64,000 nt of DNA from positions 1,376,001 through 1,440,000 of the forward strand of contig OY843768.1 in NCBI GenBank assembly GCA_963693095.2, given 5' to 3'. Source of the stretch: Cenarchaeum sp. GTDB lineage: Archaea; Thermoproteota; Nitrososphaeria; Nitrososphaerales; Nitrosopumilaceae. Shown piece after piece: positions 59,653-64,000 of the stretch (within the stretch, counting starts at the first letter, position 1; the number at the start of each line of letters is the position of its first letter). The translations under genes were made by a program, and so were the position numbers. A model generated the notes under the pieces. That model searched no databases. It saw only the letters and a program-made list of their open reading frames with translations, and had not been told where the DNA came from.

Positions 59653-60381
59653 ATGCTCGTGTGCGGTGTTGATGACGCCGGCCGCGGCCCTGTAATGGGC
59701 CCACTAGTGATAGCCGGAGTCACGATCGAGAAACGACACCTCCGGCGACTGTCACGCCTCGGCGTGCGCGACTCCAAGGAGCTCACTCCGGCGCGGCGCG
59801 AAGAGCTGTATGACGAGATCGTGGACGTGGCCGTCGATCACCATGTCTCGCGCATACAACCACGCACGATAGACAAGCACGTCAAGCGCCACGAGCTCAA
59901 CCTTGTTGAGGCGATCCACATGGCGCGCGTCATATCAGGGTTAATGCCACACACAGCATACGTTGATGCGTGTGACGTCAATGCCAAAAGGTTTGGCAAG
60001 ATGGTCTCAAGCCTTCTAAAAGACGGCTGTGCCGCAAGAGTAAGGCCATATCACAGGGCAGACAAGAGATTTCCCATAGTGTCAGCCGCGTCGATCATCG
60101 CAAAGGTCGAGCGTGATCGCGCAGTCGCAAGGATTCGCAAGATCCACAGCATCGGCAGCGGTTACCCCGCAGACCCAGCATGCGTCAGGTTCCTAGAGCG
60201 CCACGCGATGAAAAACGACGCGCCACCAAGGTTTGCGCGCGCCACATGGATGACGGTTCGTCGCATATACGGGCTCAGCGAGCCTGAGCCAAGGCGAGCG
60301 CGTGGTCGCGGTCATAGGGCTCAAGTCCCATTGATTGGAGCACGTCAAGCTCGTCGGAGACCTTTGCAAGCTCGTCGCTGA
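59653..60381 (+). CDS. rnhB: ribonuclease HII
   Basis: GVDDAGRGP, VRDSK.L, AD..FPIVSAASIIAKV.RD, GSGYP.DP. Confidence 0.95.
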   Translation: MLVCGVDDAGRGPVMGPLVIAGVTIEKRHLRRLSRLGVRDSKELTPARREELYDEIVDVAVDHHVSRIQPRTIDKHVKRHELNLVEAIHMARVISGLMPHTAYVDACDVNAKRFGKMVSSLLKDGCAARVRPYHRADKRFPIVSAASIIAKVERDRAVARIRKIHSIGSGYPADPACVRFLERHAMKNDAPPRFARATWMTVRRIYGLSEPEPRRARGRGHRAQVPLIGARQARRRPLQARR

Positions 60382-60949
60382 TCACCGACGCCGGCGTGCG
60401 TGTCACGTCAATGCTGCGCGCCTTTATGACAAGGATGAGCCAACCGTGATCGCGCAGGTGTGCGCGGCAGTTGGCCAGGGCAATCTCGGTCTGGTCAGGC
60501 TGCGCGATATCCGAGTACACGACATCAACCTTGCCATAGACTGAAAAGTACTCTCGCGGCTGGCGCGCGTCCTGCATGACCGGAGTGACGTTTGTGCGAT
60601 GCGAGGCGACGCGGTCGAGGAGCTCGCGCGCGACGCGGCTGGCGTGCTCGACGGCGAAGACGCGGCCGGCGGTGCCAACAATGTCCGAGACGTGGCTGAC
60701 CGTCGTGCCCGTCGAGGCCCCAAGGTACAGGACAGACGAGCCGCGCACGATCGGAACCGGCTCAAGGCCCTTTAGTATCGCCGCGGCGAGCTTGCTGCGG
60801 TGCGGATCCCACAAGCGCCATTCAGTCTCCCCGCGCAGCACGAGATCCTCCCCATAGACGCTCCTGCCGCGCGCGAGGTTTGGCGTCGCGAGGCGGCGCT
60901 GGCCGTCATGCTCTATTGTCGCGTGAGCCTCGTCTGCCCTTTTTGTCAA
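60275..60949 (-). CDS. flpA: fibrillarin-like 2'-O-methyltransferase
   Basis: VYGE, WDPHRSKLAAA, LYLGASTGTTVSHVSD, DIAQPDQ, IKARSID; TTG start after GGAGGAG. Confidence 0.96.
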   Translation of the reverse strand: MTKRADEAHATIEHDGQRRLATPNLARGRSVYGEDLVLRGETEWRLWDPHRSKLAAAILKGLEPVPIVRGSSVLYLGASTGTTVSHVSDIVGTAGRVFAVEHASRVARELLDRVASHRTNVTPVMQDARQPREYFSVYGKVDVVYSDIAQPDQTEIALANCRAHLRDHGWLILVIKARSIDVTRTPASVISDELAKVSDELDVLQSMGLEPYDRDHALALAQAR

Positions 60950-62249
60950 ATCTCCTCCGTGGGCCCCTAGGACCCTTTTTGCCCTGGCCCCGTGACCCCT
61001 CCTGTCGCTCGCGGCCGTCACGGCGTCCGCGGCCGTCGCGGCCGTCGCGGCGCGGCGGACCGCCATGCCTAGAGCCCCCATGGCGCGGGGCATCCTGGCG
61101 CGCGCCGCGATCCCCAGGGCGCGCACCCTCGCGTGGCTCGGGGCGCGGAACAGTGCCGATCTCCCTGACGCGCACGTTGAGCTTTTCAAGGAGCGTCTCG
61201 TTGAGGCCGCCGCCATAGACGTCAACGCGCGCGGCAATTGCGGCCTTTGAGGCTATCGCGCGCGCCATCCGCCCGCGCTGCCAGCGCGGCGCAGCATGAA
61301 CCAGCGCGTGCTGAAAGAGCAGGCCGTGCTTTGGCGGCAGCGCGCCAGTCTTTAGCGATCGAAAGAGCGCCTTCTCGGCGCCGAGAACCTGTATGCTGCT
61401 AGCCGGCATCGTCGCAAGCCTCGTGAGGCTGCCGGCCCGCGATATCACGCGCGCGCCAATGAGCGCGCCGAGTATTGCAGACGTGTTTGGCGCAACGCTT
61501 TCCATCTCGGCGTTCACGTGGGCCTCGAGCTCGTGGCGGTGCGCCGATAGGTGCAGTATGTGCTCGGCTAGATCACGAACCATGGCCAGGCTTCCGGCTG
61601 CAATCTCGCCACCGCGGCTCTTTGGCGCCATGAGAAGAACCATCTCGGCGACAGACTTGTCGAGTCCAGCCTCGGTGAGTGACTCGCCTGATATGCCAGC
61701 ACGATCGCCGATGCGCGCGACGCGCGCGTATGGCGCAATGCCGTCGATGACGTTCTCTAGCTCGGGAAAGTGGAGGCCATACCACTCGCGCAACCGCGAG
61801 TTGTGCCCGTTGAGTGCCCTGTCGGCCTCATCCATCGCGCGAATCGCCTGGATAATGTGCGCGTCTGGACTCTGCGAGGCCTCACTCACTTTTGCCGAGG
61901 ACAGGCCCATCGCAAAGTCGCGCAGCTTTGAGGCCGCATCCTCCTCGCCAGACGCAAATCCCGCCTCCACAAGTATCGCTATCTTGTCAGCCTGTATCCT
62001 TGAGACCTCGGACTCTTCAAGGGCGCGCGCCTCCACTGACCGTGCGCGAAGCGCGTCAAGCAGGGCCTCGTCATTCACCGTGACGCCCGAGTCAAGCGAC
62101 TCGGCGTGTGCCACGAGCGCGTCGATCTCGCCCTCGCCGCGCCTGATCGCCATGTACTCGGCGGCCGCATCGGCGAACGGGAAGGAGGCCACGCGCCTCG
62201 AGCCGTCGAGGGCGACGATGCCAAGCTCGGTGAGCACGATTGACTGCAT
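60906..62249 (-). CDS. nop5: C/D RNP protein Nop5 (Nop56/58) with Arg/Gly-rich tail
   Basis: RLREWYGLHFPEL, APN, PASSIQVLGAEKALF, PKHG. Confidence 0.96.
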   Translation of the reverse strand: MQSIVLTELGIVALDGSRRVASFPFADAAAEYMAIRRGEGEIDALVAHAESLDSGVTVNDEALLDALRARSVEARALEESEVSRIQADKIAILVEAGFASGEEDAASKLRDFAMGLSSAKVSEASQSPDAHIIQAIRAMDEADRALNGHNSRLREWYGLHFPELENVIDGIAPYARVARIGDRAGISGESLTEAGLDKSVAEMVLLMAPKSRGGEIAAGSLAMVRDLAEHILHLSAHRHELEAHVNAEMESVAPNTSAILGALIGARVISRAGSLTRLATMPASSIQVLGAEKALFRSLKTGALPPKHGLLFQHALVHAAPRWQRGRMARAIASKAAIAARVDVYGGGLNETLLEKLNVRVREIGTVPRPEPREGARPGDRGARQDAPRHGGSRHGGPPRRDGRDGRGRRDGRERQEGSRGQGKKGPRGPRRRFDKKGRRGSRDNRA

Positions 62250-62451
62250 GCGTGGCGCGCCTCGTCGGCTCGGTTAAAAATGCTGTTTGGGAGACGCAAG
62301 CCCAGGCAGGGCGGTGAACTGCCCCGCACATGTGCAGAGATGATGATGAAAACATCATGTTTTAATATGATGTGTGGTCTAATCACTAGAAAGCCAATTT
62401 TCAAGTGTCTAAAAATAGAGTATTAATATAACATAATTGATATGTGTGGCC

Positions 62452-63639
62452 ATGCCAAGAACCACGTGGGACACGAGCGGGTTCACAAAGCCCAACGGTC
62501 GGTTTGTGAGCACACAGGCCGGAATCAAGGCATTCGTCCCCAATCCGCTCCCGGCGAAATGGACGGCGCACGGACAGCTCCTCAACATGTACGTAAGGGC
62601 CGAGAAGGCCATGAGCTCCCTAAACACGGTTGCAAACATGATTGGCGTGACGGACCTTTTGACAGCGCTCTATATACGAAACGAGGCCGTTCAGAGCTCC
62701 ATAATAGAGGGCACGCTGGCAAGCCTGGAGGACCTGTTGCAGTATGAGGCGGCCAAACACATCGATGAAGAGGAGGCAGATCGTCTAAGCATGGCAGAAG
62801 TCTCCAATTGCGTAAAGGCCATGGAAGAGTCAATGGAGGAGGTTACAAAAACTGGTGAGATCGACATTGACCTGGTAAAAACAGCACATCGCACACTATG
62901 GAGCAGAGTTCGCGGACAGGAGATGAATATTGGCACATTAAGGAGGGGGCAAAATGCCATACAAAATGGGAGAGGAGACATTGTGTTTGTGCCGCCTCCG
63001 CCTGATCATGCAGAATCCCTCATGGAAGAGCTCATTAGGTTTATGTCAGTTAAACAGCCTGAAATTCCAACCCTTGTTCAATGCGCCATGGCACACTATC
63101 AGTTCGAGACAATTCATCCGTTTGGGGACGGAAATGGACGTGTGGGCCGTATGCTCATACCGCTCATACTTGCCAAAAATGGTGAACTAGGCAAACCAGT
63201 GTTACAGCTTGGAGAATATCTTGCGGCAAATAGGTCAGAGTACTATATGCGCCTGGAGATGATAAGCCAGAAATCAGATTGGGACGGGTGGTGTATGCTG
63301 TTCATGCGGGCATTTGCTGAACAGGCCGAAGCGGCCACAAGGAACATTATAGCCATGGCCGAGATTCAAGACAGATATGCCAAAATGGTCTCAGGAACCG
63401 GCCGTTCCATAGCCGCGCGCACGCTGGAGCTGCTGTTCTCAAACCCCTACATTACCACGCGGCGTGTGCAGGAGGACCTCAGGGTGTCACACACCGGTGC
63501 CTCGCGCGGCATAGCACGGCTAGAAGAGATGGGCATCCTCACAAAAATCCCGAGCGCGCGACGCAGGCGCATCTGGGTCGCCACGGAGATCATCGACACT
63601 ATGCGCAGTGCCGTGCCCACAGGCACGACACTCGTGTAA
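62452..63639 (+). CDS. Fic family protein (class II) with C-terminal wHTH
   Basis: HPFGDGNGRVGR catalytic motif; N-terminal inhibitory SSIIEG; lower GC. Confidence 0.94.
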   Translation: MPRTTWDTSGFTKPNGRFVSTQAGIKAFVPNPLPAKWTAHGQLLNMYVRAEKAMSSLNTVANMIGVTDLLTALYIRNEAVQSSIIEGTLASLEDLLQYEAAKHIDEEEADRLSMAEVSNCVKAMEESMEEVTKTGEIDIDLVKTAHRTLWSRVRGQEMNIGTLRRGQNAIQNGRGDIVFVPPPPDHAESLMEELIRFMSVKQPEIPTLVQCAMAHYQFETIHPFGDGNGRVGRMLIPLILAKNGELGKPVLQLGEYLAANRSEYYMRLEMISQKSDWDGWCMLFMRAFAEQAEAATRNIIAMAEIQDRYAKMVSGTGRSIAARTLELLFSNPYITTRRVQEDLRVSHTGASRGIARLEEMGILTKIPSARRRRIWVATEIIDTMRSAVPTGTTLV

Positions 63640-63672
63640 CCGTTATATCGCAACGTCAGCAGCAGGGGTGCG

Positions 63673-64000
63673 ATGGCAGCATCATTGGAGACGCGCGTGG
63701 GCCCGCTCACGCTCTCATCACCGACGATGCTCGCCTCGGGCATACTCGGCATATCAACAGACGTGTTTGCGCGCATACTTGGGGCCGGAGCCGGAGCCAT
63801 AGTCACAAAGTCGCTCAGCACCGAGGCCTGGGAGGGCTATGCAAACCCCACGGTCATAGGGGCAGCCGGCGGCGGGTGGCTAAACGCAGTGGGCCTCTCA
63901 AACCCTGGTGCTGCCGAGTTTGCCGCGATGCTGCGCGCCTCACCAGACACGCCGGCGATCGTCAGCCTGGTAGGCTCCTCGGAGGCGGACTTTGAGCGCA
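63673..64000 (+). CDS. pyrD: dihydroorotate dehydrogenase (partial, runs off window)
   Basis: PTMLASGILG, GAIVTKS, GYANPT, LNAVGLSNPG. Confidence 0.92.
   Translation, partial: MAASLETRVGPLTLSSPTMLASGILGISTDVFARILGAGAGAIVTKSLSTEAWEGYANPTVIGAAGGGWLNAVGLSNPGAAEFAAMLRASPDTPAIVSLVGSSEADFER

Noticed and set aside
59653-59700. RNase HII DDAG instead of DEAG
   Set aside because: Conservative acidic substitution with the other motifs intact; recalled as usual in this lineage
62340-62400. ATGATGA upstream of nop5 as a C box
   Set aside because: No CTGA D box or terminal stem at suitable spacing
1-64000. CRISPR array, rRNA, RNase P RNA, inteins, integrase or transposase
   Set aside because: No spaced direct repeats or signature motifs seen; RtcB and AtpA have normal lengths

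Overview
Core-genome segment of a high-GC archaeon, most likely an ammonia-oxidising Nitrososphaerota (Nitrosopumilaceae-like). This is inferred from gene content: archaeal ribosomal proteins, TiaS, RtcB, aIF2-gamma, Nop5/fibrillarin, a thaumarchaeal-style A-ATPase layout, and Dur3 plus a complete urease cluster. The high GC would fit a Cenarchaeum-like host-associated lineage, but this cannot be shown here. The window holds about 65 densely packed CDS, many with TTG/GTG starts and apparently leaderless. It also holds three tRNAs (iMet and Gln with non-canonical BHB-type introns, Leu-GAG), the SRP RNA, and an unannotated-looking box C/D guide RNA whose D guide predicts 2'-O-methylation of C34 of tRNA-Leu(CAA). 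Six small accessory islets interrupt core synteny: a TM orphan plus Panacea-like ORF, a peptide plus PycTM-like membrane protein, a DUF5678-like pseudogene, a two-ORF insert between atpI and atpE, an orphan C5 methyltransferase, and a Fic protein. No CRISPR array, rRNA, integrase or transposase was seen. All family calls are by-eye motif recognition, not database searches.
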